64,000 nt of DNA, taken from NCBI GenBank assembly GCA_964016885.1, contig OZ024743.1, forward strand, positions 330,336,001 through 330,400,000, given 5' to 3'. This DNA comes from Eledone cirrhosa (lineage: Eukaryota). Of the stretch, positions 11,357 to 25,500 are shown one piece after another; the first letter of the stretch is position 1; every line of letters starts with the position of its first letter. The position numbers and the translations under genes are program-made. Under the pieces are notes generated by a model, which saw only the letters and a program-made list of their open reading frames with translations, was not told the origin of the DNA and ran no database searches.

Positions 11357-14050
11357 CTCTTTCTCTTAATTTAGAGTATATCTTTTTGACCGGCCACCTT
11401 CCTGGTGGCAAGGTTGTAAAAGAAAAGAAATTGTTATCCCTTGAATCGCAAGAATGTTTTGCAAATTTTGAAGGTGCCAGCTATCGCAGCCATTTGTAGA
11501 CTATGAATTAGGGATCTGCGCTTTTTGTCCGCAAATCCAAGTTCAGTCATACTTTGGTCCAAGCGGGTTGGTATATAACCCGTAGCTCCAATAATGATGG
11601 GTATGAAGCTAAAGGTGTATCTTGGATACTGGATTTATAAACTCCTCATCAATGGTCCGTAGATGTCCTCCTTCTCCTGTATTTTTCTGACAACGTTTAC
11701 ATCAAGTGGGCAGCTGATCTCCACGACAGAACACGTTTTCAATGTGTGGTCCCAAACAACAATATCAGGCCGGTTGTGCTTTAATTTGGTGGCAGTTTTT
11801 ATTTTCAGGTTCCACCAGTATTCCTTAGTGCCATCTGTCTCAATATATTCTTCCTCGTTTGTTGTTAATCTTTCCAAAGTGCGTTCCAGATGGTTCTAGC
11901 TATCCCATCGTGTCTCATGGTGAGGTAGTAGCGAGATGACATTCTTTCGCAGCTGGCAACAATGTGGCTTACATCCTCGATCTTTGTTTTACATAGCCTA
12001 CATTTATTATCATCTGCTGGCCCTCCCCTTTTGTGCAGCAGATATTTGGTAGGGAGTTCTTGTTCCTGTATTGCATAGAGATATCCCTCAAGGTGTGATG
12101 TCATAAACTTGTCGGAACTCCATGCCAGGCTTTTTGAGTGGTTTATCCCCTCTATGGTCTGTGTTTTACGTCTCAAGTAACCATGCACAACTTTTTCTGT
12201 GAATTGGTTAATTTTTTCATCTTGTTTGAACATTAAATAGGATCTTCCGATTTCTCTGGGTGAGAGATTTATATCAGGCTTTATTCCATATCTCTCCTCC
12301 AGATCAGTCGCTATTCTAATGATATTTTTTGTTCATGCTCATAAGCCTGGGCAAGATGGTTGCCAACCTTTTTCCTCTGTTGAAAGTGTTGCTTCAGTTT
12401 TACTATCCGGGTCTCATATGTTGTTAGTATGGATTTTAGACCCCGGCCACCTTCCTTGCGTGAGAAGTATAGCCTATCCACATCACCATTGATGTTAAAG
12501 TTCTCAGTAACACTGAGAAGTTTGCGAGTTCTAACATCCATCTCACTTAGTTCTTGCAATGACCAGTTCAGCAGGCCAAATGTTGGCGTTAGAATTGGCA
12601 CAGCATAAGTATTGAGGGCAATGTATTTGTTGTACGCTGACAGTTCTGATGACCATATTTTCTTTACTCTTCTGAGGTATTCAGTTCTGGTTACCTCCTT
12701 ATTTATGGGTCCATCATATCTGACATTCTCATCCTGTCCAAGATATCTTTAGTTGTCACCTGACTGTAGAGGTTGCATTGTCAGGCCGTTCATCTCTAGA
12801 TTTCTAGAGGAGGTCACAGCTCTTCCACGTTTTACTGCCAAATATGCACACTTGAACTCACTAAATTTCATTTTGATGTCTGTTGAAAATTGTGTAATGA
12901 GGTCCAAATGTTTCTTGATGTCATTGATATTTGGCCCATACAACTTCAGGTCATCAACAAAGAAAAGATGGGAGATACTTCTGGACCCACTTCTTTGTCC
13001 ACCTTGTTTCCTCAGTAGGTAAGATAGTGGATTTAGTGAGAGAACGAAGAGTAGCACTGAAAAGCTATCACCCTGAAAGATGCCCTTCTGGTAATATATC
13101 TTATCAGTCTTAACTTGCTCCTTCTCACCTCTAAGGATCAAATTGGAGTACCAGTTCTTGGTCAGGCGTTCAACAGCAGCTACCAATGTTTGTGGGATTT
13201 TGGCTAACTGTAAAGCCTCAATAATCAACCCATGAGGTGCACTATCAAATGCTTTTTGATAGTCCAGCCACACCACAGTCATGTTTCTGCGATTCTTTGT
13301 TGTTTTATCCTGAATCATTTTATTAGTTAGTAGGTGATCTATGCAACCCCACACCTCCCTCTTTCCACCAGCTTGCTCAGGTGTTATGATGTTGTTGGTA
13401 GCACAGTGATTCTGTAAGAACAGGTTAAGGCACCCAGTATATAATTTATACATGATGTTTTGGCAGGCTATTGGGCGGTAATTTTTAGCAAGGGTGGTTT
13501 GGCTATTTTGGGGAATGAGGAGAGTAGTGGCAGTTGATAACCATCTGGGCAGTTCTTGTGTGCCTTTAATGGTTTCTGTAAAGAGCCGTATGAGATCTTG
13601 CCGATAGAAAGTGAAATTCTTCAACCAGTATCCTTTAATGAGGTCTGGGCCTGGTAATTTCCTATTCGACATTTTCTGTAGAGCTGTTTCCAGTATTGAC
13701 CCATCTATGTCATATTGTTTTGTCTGGACATGTTGGCAGTAGTCCTGTTCCAGTTCTTTTAGCCAATTAGTTTGTCTGTTGAATCCGTCATCCGTTTCCC
13801 ATACAGATCTCCAGTAGCTCTCAACCTGTTCTTTTGAAGGGGTGTCATTTACAGGGATTGAGCTTTTGCCACCGAAGCTGCGATAAACTGATTTAGGATC
13901 TCTGGCAAACAATCTATTTAGCACTTGTCGTTTATGTGCTGTTGACTTATATTTTAGTCTTTCTGTTGTAGCTGTGAGTTGTTGTTTCAACTGGTGTAAT
14001 TTGGAGTTCAAAGTTTTAAATTTTGTATCTCCAAATCGTCTCTCTAACTT
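11357..14050 (-). mobile_element. 5'-truncated R4/Dong-like non-LTR retrotransposon (RT + CCHC + restriction-like endonuclease)
   Basis: RT motifs YRPIAC, EQAGG, WLDYQKAFDS, GIFQGDSFS and HLFFVDDLKLY; CRLCKTKIEDVSHIVASC zinc knuckle; RHD motif; RPDIVVWD..VEISCP..K..Y nuclease; short 3' UTR 11433-11357. Confidence 0.92.
11434..14011 (-). pseudogene. Disrupted RT-RLE polyprotein ORF
   Basis: In-frame stops at 12749 (GDN*RYLG) and 11635 (RSL*IQYP), and frameshifts near 12328 and 11875. The frame ends PIIIGATG..CKTFLRFKG* at 11434. Confidence 0.88.
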
Positions 14051-14209
14051 TTTTTTTATATGTATGTATGTATGTATGTATGTAAGTATGCATATATGTA
14101 TGTATAAGTGTGTATGTACTTAATCTACTCAATACATACTATAGAGTATAGCAATATATATTTAGCTTAGTTTAGCAGTGACGTTACTCGTTTTATATAT
14201 ACATAGTAT

Positions 14210-15424
14210 ATATACACACACATTTATATATACACACACACACACAAGCACAGAAACACACACAGACCTCACACACAAGCACACACACACACAAGCCCCC
14301 CCACACACACAAACACAAACGCACACAAACACAAACACACACTCACACACACATACACACACACAAGCACACACACACATACACACACAGAAGCACACCA
14401 CAAACACAAACACACACACGATCACACACACACACGGGCACACACATACACACACATACACACACATACATACACACACACAAGCACGCACACGCACAAA
14501 TACACACACACACAAACAGACACACGCACAGACACACCTAAACAGACACAAAACACACACAAACACACAAGAACACACACAAATACAAACCAACACACAC
14601 AAACAGATACACACAAACATTAACACACACAAGTACAAACAAACACACACACACATACATGCAATCACATACATTCAGTCACATACACCCATAGCAACAC
14701 TAACATGCATACACATGCATATACATAATCATACAAAGACACTGACACACAGACATATGTACATACACATACTCACACACGTATACGTCACACACACACA
14801 ACTACACATATAGAGACAAACACACATACACACAAGTATAGATATATTCACACACACTCATAACACTGACACAGACACACGATGTGTATGTGTGTGTGTA
14901 TGTGTGTGTCTGTAAGTGTGTATGTGTGTGTGTTTGTGAGTGTGTGTATGAGTGTGTGTGAGTGTCTGCGTGTATGAGTGCATGTTTGTGTATGTGTGTG
15001 TGTGTATGTGTGTGTATATATGTGTATGTGTGTGTGTAGAGCGTCAGACACCATGCCTTGCAGCATAGAGTTATGGCCCTTTACGTTCTGAATCCAAATC
15101 CCGCCGAGGTTAACTTTGCCTTTCATCCTTACGGGGTCGATAAAATAAAGTACCAGTAATGTACAGGGAATTGCTGGCCTTGTGCTAAAAGTAGAAACGT
15201 TATTAAGCCACTTTAATCTTAGTTCTGCCTGAGGAGACATATGATCAAAGCTATTCCAGCCATGACCATCCCATCTTTTTTCTATGTTCAGGGAACGCAC
15301 ACATACACATATACACACACATACACATATGTGTGTGTATGTGTGTGTATATGTGTGTGTGTATGTGTGTATGTATATGCGTGTATGTGTGTGTAGATGT
15401 GTATGTGTGTGTATGTGGTGTGTA

Positions 15425-15519
<95 letters not shown>

Positions 15520-15577
15520 ATATGTGTGTATGTGTGTGTAGATGTGTATGTGTGTGTATGTGGTGTGTATATATGTG

Positions 15578-15614
<37 letters not shown>

Positions 15615-15668
15615 ATGTATATGTGTGTATGTGTGTGTAGATGTGTATGTGTGTGTATGTGGTGTGTA

Positions 15669-15728
<60 letters not shown>

Positions 15729-15730
15729 CC
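14210..15730. repeat. CA/GT/TA compound microsatellites around a SINE, including a ~100-145-bp unit repeated three times (15360-15730)
   Basis: gtgtagatgtgtatgtgtgtgtatgtggtgtgtatatatgtg occurs three times. Confidence 0.9.
15038..15198 (+). mobile_element. tRNA-type SINE (octopus-like family), copy 1
   Basis: gttctga.t.caaatcccgccgaggttaactttgcctttcatccttacggggtcgataaaataaagtaccagt occurs five times in the window, with a B-box-like gttcaaatcc. Confidence 0.85.
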
Positions 15731-16053
15731 AATGTATTTATCTCAATTTCTAGGATTGTAATTCACATGTCTTTTCAACCTGCTAGAGATAGCAGTCGTA
15801 TCTCCCTCAAATCAACTGTAAGTCTTAACATTTCTAGCAGGCTTAGCGTCTATCTTAGTTCTGATGTCTATTAAAGTTGAATAGACATCAGAACTGCTAG
15901 AAATAGCAGCTAAATATCTGTCAATTCATGCCTCACTGCCTTAATAACAACAACAGCAACAACCACAGCAACCAACACTGTGTAATACATGTACGTATAT
16001 GTGGTATGTTGGTGTGTTCGTCTGTGTCCGTCGTGAGGTGCTGCAGCTGGTGG

Positions 16054-16462
<409 letters not shown>

Positions 16463-16549
16463 TAACATGTGTTGCTGTTACCGCTACCATTGTTGTCACT
16501 GTTGCTGGTGTATCAATTGTTGTTGCTACTGTTGTTGTTGTTATTGTTG

Positions 16550-19500
16550 ATACTGTTGTTACTACTGTGTTGCAATAGATGTTACTGTTGTTGTTGTTAC
16601 TACTGTGTTGCAATAGGTGATACTGTTGTTGTTGCTACTAGTGTGTTGCAATAGGTGATACTGTTGTTGTTGTTACTACTGTGTTGCAATAGGTGCTACT
16701 GTTGTTGTTGTTACTACTGTGTTGCAATAGGTGATACTGTTGTTGTTATTACTACTGTGTTGCAATAGGTGCTACTATTGTTGTTGTTACTACTGTGTTG
16801 CAATAGGTGCTACTGTTGTTGTTGTTGTTACTAGTGTGTTGCAATAGGTGCTACTGTTGTTGTTGTTACTACTGTGTTGCAATAGGTGCTACTGTTGTTG
16901 TTGTTGTTACTAGTGTGTTGCAATAGGTGCTACTATTGTTGTTATTACTACTGTGTTGCAATAGGTGCTACTGTTGTTGTTGTTACTACTGTGTTGCAAT
17001 AGGTGCTACTGTTGTTGTTGTTGTTACTACTGTGTTGCAATAGGTGCTACTGTTGATGTTGTTACTACTGTGTTGCAATAGGTGCTACTGTTGTTGTTGT
17101 TACTACTGTGTTGCAATAGGTGATACTGTTGTTGTTATTACTACTGTGTTGCAATAGGTGCTACTATTGTTGTTACTACTGTGTTGCAATAGGTGCTACT
17201 GTTGTTGTTGTTGTTACTAGTGTGTTGCAATAGGTGCTACTGTTGTTGTTGTTACTACTGTGTTGCAATAGGTGCTACTGTTGTTGTTGTTGTTACTAGT
17301 GTGTTGCAATAGGTGCTACTATTGTTGTTATTACTACTGTGTTGCAATAGGTGCTACTGTTGTTGTTGTTACTACTGTGTTGCAATAGGTGCTACTGTTG
17401 TTGTTGTTGTTACTAGTGTGTTGCAATAGTGCTACTGTTGTTGTTGTTACTACTGTGTTGCAATAGGTGCTACTGTTGTTGTTGTTACTACTGTGTTGCA
17501 ATAGGTGCTACTGTTGTTGTTGTTGTTACTACTGTGTTGCAATAGGTGCTACTGTTGTTGTTGTTGTTACTGTGTTGCAATAGGTGCTACTGTTGTTGTT
17601 GTTGCTACTAGTGTGTTGCAATAGGTGCTACTGTTGTTGTTGTTACTGTGTTGCAATAGGTGCTACTGTTGTTGTTGTTGCTACTACTGTGTTGCAATAG
17701 GTGCCACTATTGGTGGTGTTACTACTGTGTTGCAATAGGTGCTACTGTTGTTGTTGTTACTATTGTGTTGCAATAGGTGCTACTGTTGTTGTTGCTACGA
17801 TTGTGTTGCAATAGGTGCTACTGTTGTTGTTGTTGTTACTACTGTGTTGCAATAGGTGCTACTATTGGTGGTGTTACTACTGCGTTGCAATAGGTGCTAC
17901 TGTTGTTGTTGTTGCTACTACTGTGTTGCAATAGGTGCTACTATTGGTGGTGTTACTACTGTGTTGCAATAGTGCTACTGTTGTTGTTGTTACTATTGTG
18001 TTGCAATAGGTGCTACTGTTGTTGTTGCTACGATTGTGTTGCAATAGGTGCTACTGTTGTTGTTGTTGTTACTACTGTGTTGCAATAGGTGCTACTATTG
18101 GTGGTGTTACTACTGTGTTGCAATAGGTGCTACTGTTGTTGTTGTTGCTACTACTGTGTTGCAATAGGTGCTACTATTGGTGGTGTTACTACTGTGTTGC
18201 AATAGTGCTACTGTTGTTGTTGTTACTATTGTGTTGCAATAGGTGCTACTGTTGTTGTTGCTACGATTGTGTTGCAATAGGTGCTACTGTTGTTGTTGTT
18301 GCTACTACTGTGTTGCAATAGGTGCTACTATTGGTGGTGTTACTACTGTGTTGCAATAGTGCTACTGTTGTTGTTGTTACTACTGTGTCGCAATAGGTGC
18401 TACTGTTGTTGTTGTTGTTACTACTGTGTTGCAATAGGTGCTACTGTTATTGTTGTCACTACTGTGTTGCAATAGGTGCTACTGTTATTGTTGTCACTAC
18501 TGTGTTGCAATAGGTGCTTCTGTTGTTGTTGTTACTACTGTGTTGCAATAGGTGCTTCTGTTGTTGTTGTCACTACTGTGTTGCAATAGGTGCTACTGTT
18601 GTTGTTGTTACTACTGTGCCGCAATAGGTGCTACTGTTGTTGTTGTTGTTACTACTGTGTTGCAATAGGTGCTACTGTTATTGTTGTCACTACTGTGTTG
18701 CAATAGGTGCTTCTGTTGTTGTTGTTGTTACTGTGTTGCAATAGGTGCTACTGTTGTTGTTGTTGATGTTACTGTGTTGCAATAGGTGCTACTGTTGTTG
18801 TTGTGGTTACTGTGTTGCAATAGGTGCTACTGTTGTTGTTTTTGTTACTGTGTTGCAATAGGTGCTACTGTTATTATTGTTACTACTGTGTTACAACAGG
18901 TGCTACTGTTGTTGTTGTTGTTACTGTGTTGCAATAGGTGCTACTGTTGTTGTTGTTACTACTGTGTTGCAATAGGTGCTACTGTTGTTGTTGTTACTAC
19001 TGTATTGAAATAGGTGCTGCTGTTGTTGTTGTTGTTGCTTCTAGTGTGTTGCAATAGGTGCTACTGTTGTTGTTATTACTACTGTGTTGCAATAGTTGCT
19101 ACTGTTGTTGTTGTTGTTGTTGCTACTAGTGTGTTGCAATAGGTGCTACTGTTGTTGTTGTTACTGCTGTGTTGCAATAGGTGCTACTGTTGTTGATGTT
19201 ACTACTGCGTTGCAATAGGTGCTACTGTTGATGTTGCTACTACTGTGTTGCAATAGGTGCTACTGTTGTTGTTGTCGTTACTGTGTTGCAATAGGTGCTA
19301 CTGTTGTTGTTGTTGTTACTGTCTTGCAATAGGTGCTACTTTTGTTGTTATTACTACTGTGTTGTAATAGGTGCTACTGTTGTTGTTGTTGCTACTGTGT
19401 TGCAATAGGTGCTACTGTTGTTGTTGTTGTTACTACTGTGTTGTAATAGGTGCTACTGTTGTTGTTGTTACTACTGTGTTGCAATATGTGCTACTGTTGT

Positions 19501-22500
19501 TGTTGTTGTTGTTACTACTGTGTTGCAATAGATGCTACTGTTGTTGTTGTTACTACTGTGTTGCAATAGGTGCTACTGTTGTTGTTGTTACTACTGTGTT
19601 GTAATAGGTGCTACTGTTGTTGTTGTTACTACTGTGTTGCAATATGTGCTACTGTTGCTGTTGTTACTACTCTGTTGCAATAGGTGCGACTGTTGTTGTT
19701 GTTGTTGCTACTGTGTTGCAATAGATGCTACTGTTGTTGTTGTTACTACTGTGTTGCAATAGGTGCTACTGTTGTTGTTGTTGTTGTTACTACTGTGTTG
19801 TAATAGGTGCTACTGTTGTTGTTGTTACTACTGTGTTGTAATAGGTGCTACTGTTGTTGTTGTTACTACTGTGTTGCAATATGTGCTACTGTTGCTGTTG
19901 TTACTACTGTGTTGCAATAGGTGCGACTGTTGTTGTTGTTGTTGCTACTGTGTTGCAATACATGCTACTGTTGTTGTCGTTACTACTGTGTTGCAATAGG
20001 TACTACTGCTGTTGTTGTTGTTGTTGTTACTACTATGTTGTAATAGGTGCTACTGTTGTTGTTGCTACTACTGTGTTGCAATATGTGCTACTGTTGTTGT
20101 TGTTACTACTATGTTGTAATAGGTGCTACTGTTGTTGTTGTTACTACTGTGTTGCAATATGTGCTACTGTTGCTGTTGTTATTACTGTGTTGCAATAGGT
20201 GCGACTGGTGTTGTTGTTGTTACTACTGTGTTGCAATAGATGCTACTGTTGTTGTTGTTACTACCGTGTTGCAATAGGAGCTACTGTTGTTGTTGTTACT
20301 ACTGTTTTGCAATATGTGCTACTGTTGCTGTTGTTATTACTACTGTGTTGCAATATGTGTTATTGTTGTTGTTGTTGCTACTACTGTGTTGCAATAGGTG
20401 CTACTGTTGTTGTCGTTACTACTACTGTGTTGCAATAGGTGCTACTGTTGTTGTTGTTACTACTACAGTGTTGCAATAGGTGCTACTGTTGTTGTTGTTA
20501 CTACTACCGTGTTGCAATAGGTGCTACTGTTGTTGTTGTTACTACTACCGTGTTGCATTAGGTGCTACTGTTGTTGTTGTTACTACTACCGTGTTGCAAT
20601 AGGTGCTACTGTTGTTGTTGTTGTTAATACTACTGTGTTGCAATAGGTGCTACTGTTGTTGTTGTTGTTGTTACTACTACTGTGTTGCAATAGGTGCTAC
20701 TGTTGTTGTTGTTGTTACTGTGTTGCAATAGGTGCTACTGTTGTTGTTGTTACTACTACTGTGTTGCAATAGGTGCTACTGTTGTTGTTGTTACTACTAC
20801 CATGTTGCAATAGGTGCTACTGTTGTTGTTGTTACTACTACTGTGTTGCAATAGGTGCTACTGTTGTTGTTGTTACTACTGTGTTGCAATAGGTGCTACT
20901 GTTGTTGTTGTTACTACTACTGTGTTGCAATAGGTGCTACTGTTGTTGTTGTTACTACTACCATGTTGCAATAGGTGCTACTGTTGTTGTTGTTACTACT
21001 ACCGTGTTGCAATAGGTGCTACTGTTGTTGTTGTTACTACTGTGTTGCAATAGGTGCTACTGTTGTTGTTGTTACTACTGTGTTGCAATAGGTGCTACTG
21101 TTGTTGTTGTTACTACTACTGTGTGCAATAGGTGCTACTGTTGTTGTTGTTACTACTGTGTTGCAATAGGTGCTACTGTTGTTGTTGTTACTACTACCAT
21201 GTTGCAATAGGTGCTACTGTTGTTGTTGTTACTACTACCATGTTGCAATAGGTGCTACTGTTGTTGTTGTTACTACTACTGTGTTGCAATAGGTGCTACT
21301 GTTGTTGTTGTTACTACTGTGTTGCAATAGGTGCTACTGTTGTTGTTGTTACTACTACCATGTTGCAATAGGTGCTACTGTTGTTGTTGTTACTACTACC
21401 ATGTTGCAATAGGTGCTACTGTTGTTGTTGTTACTACTACTGTGTTGCAATAGGTGCTACTGTTGTTGTTGTTACTACTACCATGTTGCAATAGGTGCTA
21501 CTGTTGTTGTTGTTACTACTACCAAGTTGCAATAGGTGCTACTGTTGTTGTTGTTACTACTACCATGTTGCAATAGGTGCTACTATTGTTGTTGTTACTA
21601 CTAGTGTGTTGCAATAGGTGCTACTGTTGTTGTTGTTACTACTGTGTTGCAATAGGTGCTACTGTTGTTGTTGTTACTACTACCATGTTGCAATAGGTGC
21701 TACTGTTGTTGTTGTTACTACTACTGTGTTGCAATAGGTGCTACTGTTGTTGTTGTTACTACTGTGTTGCAATAGGTGCTACTGTTGTTGTTGTTACTAC
21801 TGTGTTGCAATAGGTGCTACTGTTGTTGTTGTTACTACTACCATGTTGCAATAGGTGCTACTGTTGTTGTTGTTACTACTACCGTGTTGCAATAGGTGCT
21901 ACTGTTGTTGTTACTACTGTGTTGCAATATGTGTTACTGTTGTTGTTGTTGTTACTACTGTGTTGCAATAGGTGCTACTGTTGTTGTTGTTGTTGTTAGT
22001 ACTGTGTTGCAATAGGTGCTACTGTTGTTGTTGTTACTACTGTGTTGCAATAGGTGCTATTGTTGTTGTTGTTGTTACTGTGTTGCAATAGCTGCTACTG
22101 TTATTGTTGTTACTACTGTGTTGCAATAGGTGCTACTGTTGTTGTTGTTGTTACTACTGTGTTGCAATAGGTGCTACTGTTGTTGTTGTTGTTACAACTG
22201 TGTTGAAATAGGTGCTACTGTTGTTGTTGTTGTTGTTGCTACTGTGTTGCAATAGGTGCCGCTGTTGTTGTTGTTGTTACTGTGTTGTAATAGGTGCTAC
22301 TGTTGTTGTTGTTGTTACTGTGTTGCAATAGGTGCTACTGTTGTTGTTGTTGTTGCTACTACTGTGTTGCAATAGGTGCTACTGTTGTTGTTGTTACTAC
22401 TGTGTTGCAATAGGTGCTACTGTTGTTGTTGTTACTACTGTGTTGCCATAGGTGCTTCTGTTGTTGTTGTTACTACTGTGTTGCAATAGGTGCTTCTGTT

Positions 22501-25500
22501 GTTGTTGTTACTACTGTGTTGCAATAGGTGCTTCTGTTGTTGTTGTTACTACTGTGTTGCAATAGGTGCTACTGTTGTTGTTGTTGTTAGTACTGTGTTG
22601 CAATAGGTGCTACTGTTGTTGTTGTTACTACTGTGTTGCCATAGGTGCTTCTGTTGTTGTTGTTGTTAGTACTGTGTTGCAATAGGTGCTACTGTTGTTG
22701 TTGTTACTACTGTGTTGCCATAGGTGCTTCTGTTGTTGTTGTTACTACTGTGTTGCAATAGGTGCTACTGTTGTTGTTGTTGTTGCTACTGTGTTGCAAT
22801 AGATGCTACTGTTGTTGTTGTTACTACTGTGTTGCAATAGTTTCTACTGTTGTTGTTGTTGTTGTTACTACTGTGTTGTAATAGGTGCTACTGTTGTTGT
22901 TGTTACTACCGTGTTGTAATAGGTGCTACTGTTGTTGTTGTTACTACTGTGTTGCAATATGTGCTACTGTTGCTGTTGTTACTACTGTGTTGCAATAGGT
23001 GCGACTGTTGTTGTTGTTGTTGCTACTGTGTTGCAATACATGCTACTGTTGTTGTCGTTACTACTGTGTTGCAATAGGTACTACTGCTGTTGTTGTTGTT
23101 GTTGTTACTACTATGTTGTAATAGGTGCTACTGTTGTTGTTGCTACTACTGTGTTGCAATATGTGCTACTGTTGTTGTTGTTACTACTGTGTTGCAATAG
23201 GTGCGACTGTTGTTGTTGTTGTTGCTACTGTGTTGCAATATGTGCTACTGTTGTTGTTGTTACTACTGTGTTGCAATAGGTGCGACTGTTGTTGTTGTTG
23301 TTGCTACTGTGTTGCAATACATGCTACTGTTGTTGTCGTTACTACTGTGTTGCAATAGGTACTACTGCTGTTGTTGTTGTTGTTGTTACTACTATGTTGT
23401 AATAGGTGCTACTGTTGTTGTTGCTACTACTGTGTTGCAATATGTGCTACTGTTGCTGTTGTTATTACTGTGTTGCAATAGGTGCGACTGGTGTTGTTGT
23501 TGTTACTACTGTGTTGCAATAGATGCTACTGTTGTTGTTGTTACTACTGTGTTGCAATAGGAGCTACTGTTGTTGTTGTTACTACTGTTTTGCAATATGT
23601 GCTACTGTTGCTGTTGTTATTACTGTGTTGCAATAGGTGCTACTGTTGTTGTTGTTATTACTACTGTGTTGCAATATGTGTTATTGTTGTTGTTGTTGCT
23701 ACTACTGTGTTGCAATAGGTGCTACTGTTGTTGTTGTTACTACTACTGTGTTGCAATAGGTGCTACTGTTGTTGTTGTTACTACTACCGTGTTGCAATAG
23801 GTGCTACTGTTGTCGTTGTTACTACTACCGTGTTGCAATAGGTGCTACTATTGTTGTTGTTACTACTACTGTGTTGCAATAGGTGCTACTGTTGTTGTTG
23901 TTACTACTACTGTGTTGCAATAGGTGCTACTGTTGTTGTTGTTACTACTACCATGTTGCAATAGGTGCTACTGTTGTTGTTGTTACTACTACCGTGTTGC
24001 AATAGGTGCTACTGTTGTTGTTACTACTGTGTTGCAATATGTGTTACTGTTGTTGTTGTTGTTACTACTGTGTTGCAATAGGTGCTACTGTTGTTGTTGT
24101 TGTTGTTAGTACTGTGTTGCAATAGGTGCTACTGTTGTTGTTGTTACTACTGTGTTGCAATAGGTGCTATTGTTGTTGTTGTTGTTACTGTGTTGCAATA
24201 GCTGCTACTGTTGTTGTTGTTACTATTGTGTTGCAATAGGTGCTACTGTTATTGTTGTTACTACTGTGTTGCAATAGGTGCTACTGTTGTTGTTGTTGTT
24301 ACTACTGTGTTGCAATAGGTGCTACTGTTGTTGTTGTTGTTACTACTGTGTTGAAATAGGTGCTACTGTTGTTGTTGTTGTTGTTGCTACTGTGTTGCAA
24401 TAGGTGCCGCTGTTGTTGTTGTTGTTACTGTGTTGTAATAGGTGCTACTGTTGTTGTTGTTGTTACTGTGTTGCAATAGGTGCTACTGTTGTTGTTGTTG
24501 TTGCTACTACTGTGTTGCAATAGGTGCTACTGTTGTTGTTGTTACTACTGTGTTGCAATAGGTGCTACTGTTGTTGTTGTTACTACTGTGTTGCCATAGG
24601 TGCTTCTGTTGTTGTTGTTACTACTGTGTTGCAATAGGTGCTTCTGTTGTTGTTGTTACTACTGTGTTGCAATAGGTGCTTCTGTTGTTGTTGTTACTAC
24701 TGTGTTGCAATAGGTGCTACTGTTGTTGTTGTTGTTAGTACTGTGTTGCAATAGGTGCTACTGTTGTTGTTGTTACTACTGTGTTGCCATAGGTGCTTCT
24801 GTTGTTGTTGTTGTTAGTACTGTGTTGCAATAGGTGCTACTGTTGTTGTTGTTACTACTGTGTTGCCATAGGTGCTTCTGTTGTTGTTGTTACTACTGTG
24901 TTGCAATAGGTGCTACTGTTGTTGTTGTTGTTAGTACTGTGTTGCAATAGGTGCTACTGTTGTTGTTGTTACTACTGTGTTGCCATAGGTGCTTCTGTTG
25001 TTGTTGTTGTTAGTACTGTGTTGCAATAGGTGCTACTGTTGTTGTTGTTACTACTGTGTTGCCATAGGTGCTTCTGTTGTTGTTGTTACTACTGTGTTGC
25101 AATAGGTGCTACTGTTGTTGTTGTTACTACTGTGTTGCAATAGGTGCTACTGTTGTTGTTGTTGTTACTACTGTGTTGCAATAGGTGCTACTGTTGTTGT
25201 TGTTACTACTGTGTTGCAATAGGTGCTACTGTTGTTGTTGTTGTTAGTACTGTGTTGCAATAGGTGCTACTGTTGTTGTTGTTACTACTGTGTTGCAATA
25301 GGTGCTACTGTTGTTGTTGTTGTTACTACTGTGTTGCAATAGGTGCTACTGTTGTTGTTGTTGTTACTACTGTGTTGCAATAGGTGCTACTGTTGTTGTT
25401 GTTACTACTGTGTTGCAATAGGTGCTACTGTTGTTGTTGTTGTTACTACTGTGTTGCAATAGGTGCTACTGTTGTTGTTGTTACTACTGTGTTGCAATAG

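Noticed and set aside
15857-15895. 16-bp-arm hairpin starting agttCTGATG, considered as a hammerhead or terminator
   Set aside because: It has no CTGANGA/GAAA core. It is a small fold-back between two SINE-like fragments.
16567-16580. TGTTGCAAT resembling a C/EBP-type site repeated hundreds of times
   Set aside because: This is a short motif match only, with no sequence evidence of function.
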